63,967 bases of DNA, filler included, from an uncultured Methanospirillum sp. (GCA_964637135.1; 3 parts of 3 records of this genome joined end to end with filler, not necessarily neighbours in it), one strand, 5' to 3'; shown: positions 1-13,183, counted from the first letter of the whole stretch. Notes: a model not told the origin generated them from the letters alone. A program made the numbers and translations.

Positions 1-848
1 GGGACCGGGTTTCCGGAGAGCTGCTTCAGGGTGGCAACAAACCGGTCGGTTGCTTCGAGTCCGATCGGAAGGGGAAGCGTGATCAGGGGAACTGCGAAGG
101 CTTGCTGGAGATAGAGGCCAGGGGAGAGCTGTTCAGGGCAGGTCATACCAAACTGGATCGTCGCCTTTGCCCCTGACATCTGCCTGATGCCCGCGATGCT
201 CGTCCCTCCAAGCGGAATTTTCCTGTAATCGCCTCCGAATGGCCGATCAAGGGTGAGTGAGAAGTCAGGTATCAGGGTATACGTGATCCCCATGAGGTCG
301 AGGATCCGTTCGATCTCCCTGATGTCAGCCGGGCTGATATGGGGGATGATCACGTTGATCCTGTCGTGGGGGTCGGCTGGTTCAGCGAAATAGACGATGA
401 GCTCGCGGATTGCTGCCCAGAATCCTTCAGACTGACTACCGTCGTAACTCGGGGTTGAGACCGGGATGATATCCAGGTCAAGCCCGGGGTGATCTTTCTT
501 GTAGGTCTCTATCATGCGGTCCATGTCCTCGCCAATCGTCTCGGCAAGGCAGGTCGTGACGACCCCGAGCACCTGGGGATGGTAGACCCTGATGACATTG
601 TCGATGGCCTTGTGGAGGTTTTTCTCTCCCCCGTAGATCGTTTGTTTCTCGTTCAGTGACGAGGAGGCGATATCTACCGGTTCATTGAAATGCTCCACGT
701 TCGCGAGCCGCATGTAGGTACTGCAACCCTGTGAGCCATGGACGAGGACCATGGCATCTTCTATCCCTTTGAAAGCAATGACCCCGCCAAGGGGCATGCA
801 CATCTGGCACTGGTTCTCGTTGACCAGCCTGACCTGTGGAAGTTCCAT
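1..848 (-). CDS. nifN: Nitrogenase FeMo-cofactor scaffold subunit NifN (runs off the window edge)
   Basis: Not in the ORF track. Manual translation from ATG at 848 gives MELPQVRLVNENQCQMCMPLGGVIAFKGIEDAMVLVHGSQGCSTYMR...ASSSLNEKQTIYGGEKNL...TTCLAETIGED. It lies 4 bp downstream of nifE. Confidence 0.9.
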   Translation of the reverse strand, partial: MELPQVRLVNENQCQMCMPLGGVIAFKGIEDAMVLVHGSQGCSTYMRLANVEHFNEPVDIASSSLNEKQTIYGGEKNLHKAIDNVIRVYHPQVLGVVTTCLAETIGEDMDRMIETYKKDHPGLDLDIIPVSTPSYDGSQSEGFWAAIRELIVYFAEPADPHDRINVIIPHISPADIREIERILDLMGITYTLIPDFSLTLDRPFGGDYRKIPLGGTSIAGIRQMSGAKATIQFGMTCPEQLSPGLYLQQAFAVPLITLPLPIGLEATDRFVATLKQLSGNPV

Positions 849-852
849 GTTC

Positions 853-2238
853 CTAATCTCCAAATGGGTTTCTGTTCATCAGGCAGTTCCAGACCGGGGT
901 GCAGGTTGTCTTGTATACCTCTTCGGCAAAGGTTACGGCACCGTCAAACCCGGCGAGACATTCCTTGCGGTCATGGTTGTGATCGATGAAGCCGATCCCG
1001 AGTTTGAATGCGAGTACCCGCTCCTTCACCCCGCCGGCCATGACATCGACCTGCATCTCACGGAGGAAGCGTTCGATCTCGGCCGGGTTGGCATCATCGA
1101 CGATGACGGATCCTTCATCCAGGAGTTCTCCGATCTGTTCATAATCATCTGGGTTTCCCGTCTGCGTTCCGGTGAAGACGATCTCCATGCCGAGCTCCTT
1201 GAGCTGCCTGATGATAGCAAGAGCCTTGAATGCCCCACCGACATAGATAGCAGCCCTTTTCCCGGCTAGTTTCTTTCGGTACTTCTGGATCTCCGGCTGA
1301 ATCCTTGATGTCTCGCGTTTGATGAGCTGTTCAGCCCGCTGTGCCATCTCTTCATCATCGAAGAACGCTGCAATCCTGCGCAGGCTTGCAGCACAGTTCT
1401 CGGCCCCGAAGAAGTTCACGTTAAGGGAGGGTATCCCGAACGATTGCTCCAGGGTGGATGCAACCCAGTGCATCGAACCACTGCATTGCACGATGTTCAG
1501 AGAGGCTCCGGGAGCCTTTTTTAGGGTCTCTACGGTGGAATCCCCGGTAAAGGCAACATTGATCTCGACACCGATCTCCCTGAGGTACCGCTGGATTACC
1601 CACATCTCCCCGCCAAGATTATACTCCCCGAGGAAGTTGATTGCTTTTGTCTTCTCGATGCTCTCCCCTTCTTTGGGCGTTATCAGCCGAAGAAGGGCAT
1701 CAGCTGCGGCCCGGTAACCGACGATCTTATTCCCTGAGAGGAATCCGCTTGATTCAACCGGGATAATCTCAATTCCATGCCTTGCTGAAGCCTCTTTGCA
1801 GACTGCGATAATATCATCGCCGATGACTCCAACGACACAGGTGGCATAGACAAATATTGCCGGGGGATGATGCGAGTCCACTATCTCGTCGATACAGGCC
1901 GAGAGTTTCTTTTCACCGCCGAAAATGATGTCTTTCTCCCGAAGATCGGTTGAGAAACTATTTCGGTACATTTCCGGGCCGCTGGAGAGGCTTCCTCGGA
2001 TATCCCAGGTATAGGTGGCACATCCTATCGGACCGTGCACCAGGTGTACTGCATCCGTTACCGGATTGAGAACCACCCGGGCACCACAATACACGCAGGC
2101 CCGCTGGCTGACAGCCCCGGCAAGGCTGTCATCGGCACACCGTATCCGTGTCCTGCTCCGGCCTACCGTGACAATCGATTCCTTACGCTCGTCCAGGCAC
2201 GGTATGGCATTCGCTGATTGTGTGCAATGTATCTCCAT
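853..2238 (-). CDS. nifE: Nitrogenase FeMo-cofactor scaffold subunit NifE
   Basis: SQRACVYCGA, HGPIGC, STDLREKDIIFGGEKKL, TCVVGVIGDD and NIVQC motifs; position after nifK. Confidence 0.93.
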   Translation of the reverse strand: MEIHCTQSANAIPCLDERKESIVTVGRSRTRIRCADDSLAGAVSQRACVYCGARVVLNPVTDAVHLVHGPIGCATYTWDIRGSLSSGPEMYRNSFSTDLREKDIIFGGEKKLSACIDEIVDSHHPPAIFVYATCVVGVIGDDIIAVCKEASARHGIEIIPVESSGFLSGNKIVGYRAAADALLRLITPKEGESIEKTKAINFLGEYNLGGEMWVIQRYLREIGVEINVAFTGDSTVETLKKAPGASLNIVQCSGSMHWVASTLEQSFGIPSLNVNFFGAENCAASLRRIAAFFDDEEMAQRAEQLIKRETSRIQPEIQKYRKKLAGKRAAIYVGGAFKALAIIRQLKELGMEIVFTGTQTGNPDDYEQIGELLDEGSVIVDDANPAEIERFLREMQVDVMAGGVKERVLAFKLGIGFIDHNHDRKECLAGFDGAVTFAEEVYKTTCTPVWNCLMNRNPFGD

Positions 2239-2268
2239 AATATCGCCGTTTCTGATTCTGAAAACTGG

Positions 2269-3636
2269 TCAGAGGACCAGTTCATAGTCCTCGTCCAGGC
2301 AGTCCCGATCACGGCGATCAAGGAGGGCATTACTGATCAGTTCGATCAGGCGAAGGGCTCCCCGGTAGCCGACGATTGGTATCAGGGGATGGACTGCACG
2401 GTCCATGATCGGAAAACCGACCCTGACAAGCGGGATGTCTTCAGCACGGGCCAGATATTTCCCATGGGATCCTCCGAGCAGGAGGTTAACCGGTTCTTCT
2501 TTTATCCACTGATGCAGTTCGAAGAGATCACCTTCAGCCTTGACCTTGCATCCTTCCACACCGGCTTCCTCGAGCATGGCATTGATCTGTTTCTCGAACC
2601 GGCTGCCCGGAGTTCCCGTGATAACATACTTGGGAATCATTCCCATCGTGAGTATGAATTCTGTCAGGCCGATTACAAGGTCAGGATCGCCGAATATTGC
2701 AACGGTATGTCCCTGGTAGTGGAAGTGGGTGTCGATGAGGGTATCCACGACCTGTCCCCGCTCGATGGTGAGTGATTTTGGAACTTCGACGCCGAATGCC
2801 TCATGGATCGCCATGATGAATTCATCGGTGGCTCTCAGGCCGACAGGCATTTTCAGGACCCGGCAGGGTACCCCGCATTTCTCCTTGAGTTCGTTTCCAG
2901 CTGATTCCGAGGCGAAGGATCCGAGGGAGAGAGTCAGCTGAGAGGAGCCGGAATCCCGGATCTCCCCGACCGTGGTTCCCCCGTCAGTGTACATCTCGTA
3001 CTTGCTGGTGAGCGGTGAGTCAAGGACATTGGCGGTGTCCGGGAACATGATCATCGGGACTTCCATCTCGGTGACGATCCGACGGATCTCACGCATGTCT
3101 CCCGGGTTTACAAAACCGGGAATGACATTGAGTTGCCGTTTCTTTCCCCCTTCGCTGGATTCTGCCAGGTAGGAGACCATGGATTTGCACATGTTGGCAA
3201 ATCCGGTGATATGGGACCCCTGGTAACTGGGGGTGTTGGTATGGATGACTATCTTTCCTTCAGGAATCTCCGACTGTTTGATGATGGTCGGGATATCGTC
3301 ACCAATTGTCTCGGAGAGACAGGTCGTGTGAACCGCGATCACATCGGGATCGTAAATCTCGAATATGTTCTTGATAGACGTCTTGAGATTTGCGCCACCC
3401 CCGAAGACCGAAGCACCTTCCGTGAAGGAACTGGATGAGGCCATCACCGGATCCCGGAAATGTCTTGCAAGGGCCATCCGGTGGAAAGCACAACATCCCT
3501 GTGACCCATGGCTGTGGGGAAGGCATCTGTGGATACCGAGGGCTGCATACATGGCACCCATCGGCTGACATGTCTTCGCCGGGTTGATCTTTCCTGCTGT
3601 CCTGGTGGACAGTGCTTTTGGCATACATTCCAGCAT
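2269..3636 (-). CDS. nifK: Nitrogenase MoFe protein beta chain
   Basis: INPAKTCQPMGA, HGSQGC, TTCLSETIGDD and TPSYQGSH P-cluster motifs; short N-terminus of group II type. Confidence 0.95.
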   Translation of the reverse strand: MLECMPKALSTRTAGKINPAKTCQPMGAMYAALGIHRCLPHSHGSQGCCAFHRMALARHFRDPVMASSSSFTEGASVFGGGANLKTSIKNIFEIYDPDVIAVHTTCLSETIGDDIPTIIKQSEIPEGKIVIHTNTPSYQGSHITGFANMCKSMVSYLAESSEGGKKRQLNVIPGFVNPGDMREIRRIVTEMEVPMIMFPDTANVLDSPLTSKYEMYTDGGTTVGEIRDSGSSQLTLSLGSFASESAGNELKEKCGVPCRVLKMPVGLRATDEFIMAIHEAFGVEVPKSLTIERGQVVDTLIDTHFHYQGHTVAIFGDPDLVIGLTEFILTMGMIPKYVITGTPGSRFEKQINAMLEEAGVEGCKVKAEGDLFELHQWIKEEPVNLLLGGSHGKYLARAEDIPLVRVGFPIMDRAVHPLIPIVGYRGALRLIELISNALLDRRDRDCLDEDYELVL

Positions 3637-3638
3637 GA

Positions 3639-5120
3639 TTATTCACCTCCTTTTGTTTCTTTTTCCCAGGGAGCTGACACCAGTTTCCAGACCGGGGTGG
3701 TCAGGGCATTGGCCACATCTCTCGCGAAGTTGATCGCTCCGTTAAACCCGGCATACGGTCCGCTGTAGTCGTACGAGTGGAGTTGTTTTGCCGGGATTCC
3801 CATTTTGTGTGCGATGTATTTGTCCCTGACACCGGTGAAGATCAGGTCTGGCTTTAAGGCCTTGATCAGTTCCTCGGTCTCATAATGATTGCAGTCATCA
3901 ATGAGAATGTGTCCCTCCTTCATGTCAGGGTACATCCCTTCGTAGTACCCGAGCTTGATCTCCTTGCAGATCTCATCGTACTTCTCTTTTGAGATGTTCA
4001 GGTGAACATGGGCCTCTTCGAAGAGTTCCTCGTCAGGTTCCACCTCGTAGTCGGGGATGTTTTTTGAGTCGGCATCACCCTTGATGTTCGGGATGACTTC
4101 ACGGCCTTCGTAGTCGTCACGGTGGGCAAACTCATACCCGGCAACAACAACTTCCATCCCGAGATCCTTGAGGATATGCTGGTAGTGGTGGCTCCGGGAT
4201 CCGCCGACAAAGGCGAATGCAGTCTTACCCTCGCAGATCTTCCGGTATTGATCAATAACCGGGGAGATTCGTGCTTCTTCACGGGCGATGACGACCTCTG
4301 TCTGCCTGATCAGCTCCTCATCACCAAAGACCTGGGCGATCTCACGGAGGCTCCTGATGGATGCCTCCACCCCTATGAAGTTGACCTTCAGCCAGGGTGT
4401 TCCATACCTGGTCTCCATCTTCTCGGCGATGTAGTTGATAGACCGGTGACACTGGACAAGATTCAGATCGGCAAGATGCAGGTCTCTGATCTTGAGATAA
4501 CTGGAATCCCCGGTCATGATACAGTTGATTGTATACCCGATGTCCTTGAGGATTCTCTCTATCTCCCATCCGTCGGATCCGATGTTGTACTCGCCCAGGA
4601 TATTGAGAACGAACTTGCCGGGTCTGTCTCTGGTTCCCTTTCCGATGACCTTCTCCATCAGGTTGTTGTTGGCGATATGGTGACCGGCTGACTGGCTGAC
4701 TCCCCTGTATCCTTCACAATTGAAAGAAAGAATCTGAATACCATGCCTTTCTTCGGCCGCCTTTGCAACAGCTCCGATATCATCACCGATCAGGCCGACC
4801 GGACAGGTGGCACAGATCGAAATGGCCCGGGGATGGAACATATCAACAACCTCGTCTATCATCCTGGCAAGCTTCTTCTCGCCACCAAAGACGATATCNN
4901 NNNNNNNNNNNNNNNNNNNNNNNNNNNNNNNNNNNNNNNNNNNNNNNNNNNNNNNNNNNNNNNNNNNNNNNNNNNNNNNNNNNNNNNNNNNNNNNNNNGC
5001 TTCTATCTCCTGGCAGGCCTGGGTTGTATCCTTGATGATGAGGTGCTTCTTTCTGTTTTTTCTGACTTTATCCGGGTAGGGATCGAGCATTACATCTACT
5101 TCTGGCTCGGTAATCGTCAT
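3639..5120 (-). CDS. nifD: Nitrogenase MoFe protein alpha chain (interrupted by an assembly gap)
   Basis: TCPVGLIGDD, GVSQSAGHH, LVQCHRS (FeMo-co Cys), YEFAHRDDY followed by a group II-type insertion, and QLHSYDY (FeMo-co His). Confidence 0.95.
   Translation of the reverse strand: MTITEPEVDVMLDPYPDKVRKNRKKHLIIKDTTQACQEIEXXXXXXXXXXXXXXXXXXXXXXXXXXXXXXXXXXDIVFGGEKKLARMIDEVVDMFHPRAISICATCPVGLIGDDIGAVAKAAEERHGIQILSFNCEGYRGVSQSAGHHIANNNLMEKVIGKGTRDRPGKFVLNILGEYNIGSDGWEIERILKDIGYTINCIMTGDSSYLKIRDLHLADLNLVQCHRSINYIAEKMETRYGTPWLKVNFIGVEASIRSLREIAQVFGDEELIRQTEVVIAREEARISPVIDQYRKICEGKTAFAFVGGSRSHHYQHILKDLGMEVVVAGYEFAHRDDYEGREVIPNIKGDADSKNIPDYEVEPDEELFEEAHVHLNISKEKYDEICKEIKLGYYEGMYPDMKEGHILIDDCNHYETEELIKALKPDLIFTGVRDKYIAHKMGIPAKQLHSYDYSGPYAGFNGAINFARDVANALTTPVWKLVSAPWEKETKGGE
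4899..4998. other. Assembly gap (100 N) within nifD
   Basis: N run. It removes the region that should carry the first two P-cluster Cys, so the true gap is probably longer than 100 bp. Confidence 0.95.
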
Positions 5121-5134
5121 ATTTCGCCTCCTGA

Positions 5135-5554
5135 TTACCAGATTGCTGCTTCTCCGGACTCTCCGGTTCTCACCCTGACCGCATCCACAACTGGCAAAAT
5201 GAAGATCATTCCGTCACCAATGCCGTAGGCAGTCTGGTTTGCGTTCATTATTGCGTCCACTATCCGGGGGACATCCTCGTCATGTGCGAGGACGGTGAAG
5301 AGTCTGCGGGGGAAAAAGCGGGTCCCATCCAGAAAGGTGGTAACCTGCTGCTCTGTCTCTTCGGCCTCTGTGACATCATCAAGGCCCATAGCAAGGAGTT
5401 TTTCCTTGCAATCCTCGATAATGGCAGGATCGGTGATTAGTTTCCCCCTGCCGACGACCTTGACGGCAGTGAACCCGGCCACACCTGCTTCAACTAAGGC
5501 TTTCTTGGTCGCCCCGGTCTTTTTCATCCGGACAACCGCCATAATCTCTTTCAT
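5135..5554 (-). CDS. nifI2: PII-family nitrogenase regulator NifI2
   Basis: MKEIMAVVR, VVGRGK and GDGMIF PII motifs with an extended T-loop; second PII gene between nifH and nifD. Confidence 0.9.
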   Translation of the reverse strand: MKEIMAVVRMKKTGATKKALVEAGVAGFTAVKVVGRGKLITDPAIIEDCKEKLLAMGLDDVTEAEETEQQVTTFLDGTRFFPRRLFTVLAHDEDVPRIVDAIMNANQTAYGIGDGMIFILPVVDAVRVRTGESGEAAIW

Positions 5555-5563
5555 GGCATCTCC

Positions 5564-5890
5564 TCAGAGGCCCTGTTTTCCGCTTGAGATCGTGTAGACA
5601 TCGTCGATCTCACTGACGAAGATCTTTCCGTCACCGAATGCTCCATCTTCCCCGGTCTTAGCCGTGGTAAGGATCGTCTTGATCACGTTTTCCTTGTCCT
5701 TCTCATCGACAACCATGAGGATAAGCGTCTTGGGGATCTCGTCGTAGACCATCCGGCCAATCCTGATTCCTTTCTGTTTTCCCCGGCCGACGACATCCAC
5801 GAGGGTTGCTGCATGATGTCCGCCGGCTGAGAGGGCGGCGGTTACTTCGTCTTTCTTCTCAGGTCTGATGATGGCTCGAATCAGTATCAT
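5564..5890 (-). CDS. nifI1: PII-family nitrogenase regulator NifI1
   Basis: AIIRPEK, GRGKQKG, YDEIPK and GAFGDGKIFV motifs. Confidence 0.92.
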   Translation of the reverse strand: MILIRAIIRPEKKDEVTAALSAGGHHAATLVDVVGRGKQKGIRIGRMVYDEIPKTLILMVVDEKDKENVIKTILTTAKTGEDGAFGDGKIFVSEIDDVYTISSGKQGL

Positions 5891-5901
5891 TTTCTCTCAC
5901 C

Positions 5902-6804
<903 letters not shown>

Positions 6805-6934
6805 TTATCTGGTTATCCAATCTGACAAGCCGGATGATTCAACCTGTCCAGTCCGTCTTCGTCCGCACACCATTTCAGGTTCGGGACACCGGGACACGGT
6901 TTACACACCTTTGATCCAGCCACCACGGGCCGTA

Positions 6935-7135
6935 TCAGAAGGAACAGATTGACTTCCTGTACGAAGTCATGTGCATGGTCCGGGTCTTTCCGCCCTGAAG
7001 CAGAGATACAGATCCTCTCTGGGATCCCAATCCCCTGCATGGCACCAAAACCGATCCCAGAAGGGATTGCGACCAATTTCGTGGCGATATGACAGTACCT
7101 GCCGTTATCGCAATTTTACATACCTGTTGTTGCAT
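6935..7135 (-). CDS. Putative small ORF (66 aa) in the nif leader
   Basis: ATG preceded by a strong SD (GGAGGTG, 4 nt upstream) and about 80 nt downstream of the TATA box; no recognisable family. Confidence 0.3.
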   Translation of the reverse strand: MQQQVCKIAITAGTVISPRNWSQSLLGSVLVPCRGLGSQRGSVSLLQGGKTRTMHMTSYRKSICSF

Positions 7136-7190
7136 CTGTCACCTCCGAAGAGGATGATCAATATTGGAGATCCCTCTTTATTAACATTAT

Positions 7191-7228
7191 GGAAGGAAAC
7201 ATCCTTCATACTATATTTAAACTTTTTT
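7191..7228 (-). promoter_or_regulatory. Putative nif promoter (BRE + TATA) with NrpR-like operator
   Basis: The minus strand reads AAAAAAG-TTTAAATA (TATA at 7214-7221), then GGAT-N6-TTCC (7191-7204), one mismatch from the NrpR site GGAA-N6-TTCC. It overlaps the palindrome GAAGGA-N4-TCCTTC. Confidence 0.6.
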
Positions 7229-7326
7229 AATACTGATTGCCTGCTTCAGATTACTACAGGACTGAAAAACCGGGATGATCAAAAAGACCGCAGCCCTTTT
7301 ACCAGAGGCCTGCGAGACCTGATTAT

Positions 7327-8199
7327 ATGCACCCGAAATACCTTTGGTTTGGTTTAATCCTGCTCATCTGCCCGGCCTGCTGCCTGCTGGCAGTCGCGGA
7401 GCCGGCAGCTCCCGGACCTGAGCCGATCCTGATTCATGCAACCGATCTTGTCTTCGAACCGATCAGTTCTGATGTGGAGATGGCCGGCATCCGACCCGCC
7501 CTCTGGAAGAAAGAACCGGGAAGCAACATCTCGATGCCATATACACCGGTGTACTACGAGATCAGGCCGGGAGGGATCGTTTCCCCGGAAATTCCCCCGA
7601 CGGTCCCTGAAGTGCTCTACCTGACCGGAGGATCCGCACTGGTCAGGGCGGGAGAAGAAACAGTGGAATGCACCCCTGGAACAGCGGTTCTCATCCCGGC
7701 CGGGATGGAGCGATCGATATCAAACACCGGGACTGACCGGCTCACCTGCTACTCGTTCACTGCTGAAGAGGGTACCGGTGAGGGAACGTCGGGAGGAGAA
7801 GAACAGGAATTTCTCGTGATCCCCCCGGATTCAGTCAGGCCGGTAACATTTGAAAATCCTTCTGACAGAACGTATTACTCCGTCACCCGGCTCCTTCAGC
7901 CCGACGAGACCCCGCTCCCCATCCCGTATGACCTGATCCTCTCCTCGGTACCGTCAGGAGGTCGTATCGATGAACATTACATCAATGGAAGCAGTCAGCT
8001 GGTCATCCCGGTAAAGGGTTCAGCGAATATCACGGTATCAGCAACGACCGTGGGAGTGCGGCCCGGTGATATTCTCTATATCCCGGAAAACGCGGTGCAG
8101 ACCTACGATGCGATTGAAGACCTGGATATGATCGTAGTCACCTGGCCTTATTACCGGGCTCTGAATGATGTCTATACCGGTGCATCCGGGCTGGATTAA
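7327..8199 (+). CDS. Exported two-domain cupin protein
   Basis: Hydrophobic N-terminal signal and two cupin motif pairs (EVLYLTGG...PGTAVLIPAG; QLVIPVKG...PGDILYIPEN). Confidence 0.7.
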   Translation: MHPKYLWFGLILLICPACCLLAVAEPAAPGPEPILIHATDLVFEPISSDVEMAGIRPALWKKEPGSNISMPYTPVYYEIRPGGIVSPEIPPTVPEVLYLTGGSALVRAGEETVECTPGTAVLIPAGMERSISNTGTDRLTCYSFTAEEGTGEGTSGGEEQEFLVIPPDSVRPVTFENPSDRTYYSVTRLLQPDETPLPIPYDLILSSVPSGGRIDEHYINGSSQLVIPVKGSANITVSATTVGVRPGDILYIPENAVQTYDAIEDLDMIVVTWPYYRALNDVYTGASGLD

Positions 8200-8348
8200 C
8201 CGGAATTACCCCGGTTGATCAGTGTTATCTCTCTTTTCCGGACAACAGGCATGCCCGGTCAACCTGGGATGCCGGTATTCTGCCGATGAGCCATGATGCC
8301 GGAAAAGTACCGGAATAAAAGGAGGGAGTTCTGGGTTTCTTCCCTGGA

Positions 8349-8735
8349 TCAGATCCTGAGCATGCGGGAAGCTAGATAAGCCGCATTCTGCCCGTTATCA
8401 ACGCCGACACAGGCGACCGGTACCCCTTTCGGCATCTGGACGATCGAGAGGAGAGCATCAAGTCCGCCCATCAGACCTCCCGAGACCGGGACACCGATCA
8501 CCGGGCGGATAGTCTTTGCCGCGACGACGCCCGGCAGGGCAGCGGAAAGACCGGCGATGCATATGAAGATCTTTGCATCGGATTGCTTCACGTATGCATC
8601 CAGTTCCTCGGGATCGCGGTGGGCAGAGAGAATCCGGAGCTCATAGGATATCTTCTCCTCGTCAAGGATTGCCATGGCTTTCCTGGCAATCCCGTCATCT
8701 GACGAGGATCCGCAGATGATGCTCACATCAGGCAT
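8349..8735 (-). CDS. purE: N5-CAIR mutase / AIR carboxylase
   Basis: [25 protein letters not shown] and [12 protein letters not shown] motifs. Confidence 0.95.
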   Translation of the reverse strand: MPDVSIICGSSSDDGIARKAMAILDEEKISYELRILSAHRDPEELDAYVKQSDAKIFICIAGLSAALPGVVAAKTIRPVIGVPVSGGLMGGLDALLSIVQMPKGVPVACVGVDNGQNAAYLASRMLRI

Positions 8736-8786
8736 GTATCTTCCAAGATATAATCACCCATGAGATGAATAAGTGTACCTGATTTT

Positions 8787-10372
<1,586 letters not shown>

Positions 10373-10383
10373 AGGAAAATTGA

Positions 10384-10791
10384 ATGGCAGTAAAACTTGG
10401 ATTTGTGGTCGCGGAGTTCAACCGTGACATCACCTACATGATGGAGATCGAGGCAGAGGAACATGCAAAGTTTCTTGGAGCGGAAGTGACCGAACGGATG
10501 TACGTCCCCGGTGCTTACGACATGCCCCTTGCGATCAAGAAGATGCTCAAGACAAAAAAGGTCGATGCCGTCGTAACGATCGGCTGTGTCATCGAAGGAT
10601 CGACCCAGCATGACGAGATCGTCGTTCAGCATGCAGCCCGAAAGATCATCGATCTCTCCCTCGAGTTTGAGAAACCGGTCACCCTCGGGATATCAGGGCC
10701 GGGTATGACCCGGCTTGAAGCAACCGAACGGGTTGAATATGGCAAACGGGCAGTCGAATCTGCCATCAAGCTGGTCCAGCGATTGGCATGA
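10384..10791 (+). CDS. ribH: 6,7-dimethyl-8-ribityllumazine synthase
   Basis: [14 protein letters not shown] and [11 protein letters not shown] motifs. Confidence 0.93.
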   Translation: MAVKLGFVVAEFNRDITYMMEIEAEEHAKFLGAEVTERMYVPGAYDMPLAIKKMLKTKKVDAVVTIGCVIEGSTQHDEIVVQHAARKIIDLSLEFEKPVTLGISGPGMTRLEATERVEYGKRAVESAIKLVQRLA

Positions 10792-11921
10792 GACCGCTCT
10801 CGAGAAAACTCGGCCAGATCGCCCCCTCTGCGACGATCGAGATCACCGAGAAGGCGAGAAAGATGCAGGCTGCAGGGATCGATGTGATCAGTCTCTCGAT
10901 CGGGGAACCTGACTTCACAACCCCTGCCCACATCACACAGGCCTGCATTGACGCCCTGAACCGGGGAGAGACCCATTATGCCCCCGGGAAAGGACTTCCG
11001 AGACTCCTGGAGGCGATCGCGGAGAAAATTGAGCATGAGAACGGGTTTGCCTGTTCTCCTGACGAGGTGATCGTCACCTGCGGAGCGAAGGATGCCATCT
11101 ACGAGGCCTGTGAAGCGGTACTGAATCCGGGTGACGAGGCGATCATCCTCGATCCATCCTGGGTGAGTTATGAGCCCTGTATCCAGATCGCCGGGGGTGT
11201 CCCCGTCCATCACCCCCTGAACGCGAAGACCTTCCAGGTTGATGACTCGCTGCTTGAGAAGATCACCGGGAAGACCAGGATGATCATCGTGAACAGCCCG
11301 TCCAATCCATCCGGGTCAGTCCTGAACCGTGAATCCCTCCGGCTGGTTGCCGATATCTGCCAGGATAACGACCTCATCGCCCTGTCAGATGAGATATACG
11401 AGAAACTGGTGTATGGCCAGATTCACTTCTCGCTCGGAATGTTCCCCGGGATGGCAGAACGCACGATCACGGTGAACGGGTTTTCCAAGGCATATGCGAT
11501 GACCGGATGGCGGCTTGGATATGCAGCGGCCCGAAAAGAGATCATCGGGTACATGAACAAGGTTCAGCAGCATACGATCAGCCACCCGACGACCTTTGCC
11601 ATGTTCGGCGGGATCGCCGCCCTGACCGGCCCGCAGCAGTGTGTTGCTGATATGCGGTCAGAGTTCGGGCGCCGGCGCCAGTTTGTTCTCGACCGGCTCA
11701 TGGATCTCGACATGACCTGTGCCCCTGCCGACGGGGCGTTCTATGCATATGTCCGGGTTGACGGGGATGATGCCGCTGTTGCCGCAAAATGGCTCGAGGA
11801 AGGACATGTTGCCGTGACCCCGGGAGTTGCGTTCAACCATCCCGGATGGGAGCGGATCAGTTATGCCGCATCCATGGATACGCTGAAAGAAGCGATGAAC
11901 CGGATCGCTTCGGTGCTGTGA
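10788..11921 (+). CDS. aspC: Class I/II PLP aminotransferase (aspartate aminotransferase-like)
   Basis: [17 protein letters not shown] and [14 protein letters not shown] motifs. Confidence 0.85.
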   Translation: MRPLSRKLGQIAPSATIEITEKARKMQAAGIDVISLSIGEPDFTTPAHITQACIDALNRGETHYAPGKGLPRLLEAIAEKIEHENGFACSPDEVIVTCGAKDAIYEACEAVLNPGDEAIILDPSWVSYEPCIQIAGGVPVHHPLNAKTFQVDDSLLEKITGKTRMIIVNSPSNPSGSVLNRESLRLVADICQDNDLIALSDEIYEKLVYGQIHFSLGMFPGMAERTITVNGFSKAYAMTGWRLGYAAARKEIIGYMNKVQQHTISHPTTFAMFGGIAALTGPQQCVADMRSEFGRRRQFVLDRLMDLDMTCAPADGAFYAYVRVDGDDAAVAAKWLEEGHVAVTPGVAFNHPGWERISYAASMDTLKEAMNRIASVL

Positions 11922-12142
11922 TATCCTCATTTTTTCACCGGTTTTTCTAAGGAACTGTCTACCACTGACACCGAGTGGATTATTGCCCTATAAGGGTGCT
12001 AAAACACCTTTTTCTCTCAGTAGCCTGGTTTTTTTATCGAATGACACTTTTGTAGATCATGTCAGAATATTAATGATGACTCTTATCAAATATATTGACA
12101 ATAAGAATTTGTTAATTTAATTTGATTATATTGCGAGATAGT

Positions 12143-13183
12143 ATGATGAAAAAAACCTGTTTTCATGTTATTCTGATAATTCTGCTGTTCCTGGCAGGAA
12201 CCGGTTCAGGGTTAGTGTCTGCTGAAGAAACGCGAACAATTACTGATATGACAGGCCGCACGGTAGACATCCCTTCAGAAGTCGATACTGTTCTTTGTAA
12301 CTGGCTTCCGTCAATGATGATTGTCTACATGGTCGCCCCCGACCGTCTTGGGGCCTGGAATTCTCTTCCCGGGGAGGGTTATTTCCCAGAAAAATATGCA
12401 GGTCTCCCTATAATCGGGCGTGTCAGTCATGAAACCCTTCTTTCGATGGATCCTGACATTGTTGTCATGGGTGGTGCCCTGGGGATAGGTGGCGAGGCGG
12501 CACGTTCCGTCATCGACGAAGAACAGCAGAAACTCTACCCGCTGCCGGTTGTTGCCGTGACGGATGCCATGGATGCCACTGCTTACACTGATCCGATCCG
12601 GTTCATTGGCGAGCTTCTTGGTGAAGAAAAACAGGCTGAGAAAATGATCGCATTTTATGAGAATATTCTCTCCCTGGTTACGGAGCGGGTAGCTACGATC
12701 CCAGATAATGAACGGGTCCGAGTCTACTATGCTGAGGGGAAGGAAGGACTCGCGACCGATCCCGCCGGTTCAACTCACGCAGCCCTCATCGATATTGCCG
12801 GTGGGATAAACGTCGCCGATTTTCCGGTTCCTACTGGACAGGGGCAGACAGAAGTCTCGATAGAACAGGTTCTTGACTGGGATCCTGAAGTGATTCTGGT
12901 TCATGATCCGCAGTTCTACGCAACGGTTCGTTCAGACCCGCTGTGGCAGGATATCACGGCCGTGAAGACCGGCCGGGTATACATGATTCCAAAAACCACG
13001 TTTAACTGGTTTGACCGTCCGACCGGACTTAATCAGATCATTGGTATCCCCTGGACTGCCAAGATCCTGTATCCTGATCGATTCAGGGACATGGATCTTG
13101 ATGAGATCGTACGTGAGTACCATGAACTATTCCTTCACATTTCCCTCTCCGATGACCAGATTGGGGAGATTTTATCTCCCTGA
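12143..13183 (+). CDS. ABC transporter substrate-binding protein, iron-siderophore/cobalamin type (copy 1)
   Basis: Signal peptide, TDMTGRTV, EQVLDWDPEVI, AVKTGRVY and WFDRP motifs. Confidence 0.85.
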   Translation: MMKKTCFHVILIILLFLAGTGSGLVSAEETRTITDMTGRTVDIPSEVDTVLCNWLPSMMIVYMVAPDRLGAWNSLPGEGYFPEKYAGLPIIGRVSHETLLSMDPDIVVMGGALGIGGEAARSVIDEEQQKLYPLPVVAVTDAMDATAYTDPIRFIGELLGEEKQAEKMIAFYENILSLVTERVATIPDNERVRVYYAEGKEGLATDPAGSTHAALIDIAGGINVADFPVPTGQGQTEVSIEQVLDWDPEVILVHDPQFYATVRSDPLWQDITAVKTGRVYMIPKTTFNWFDRPTGLNQIIGIPWTAKILYPDRFRDMDLDEIVREYHELFLHISLSDDQIGEILSP

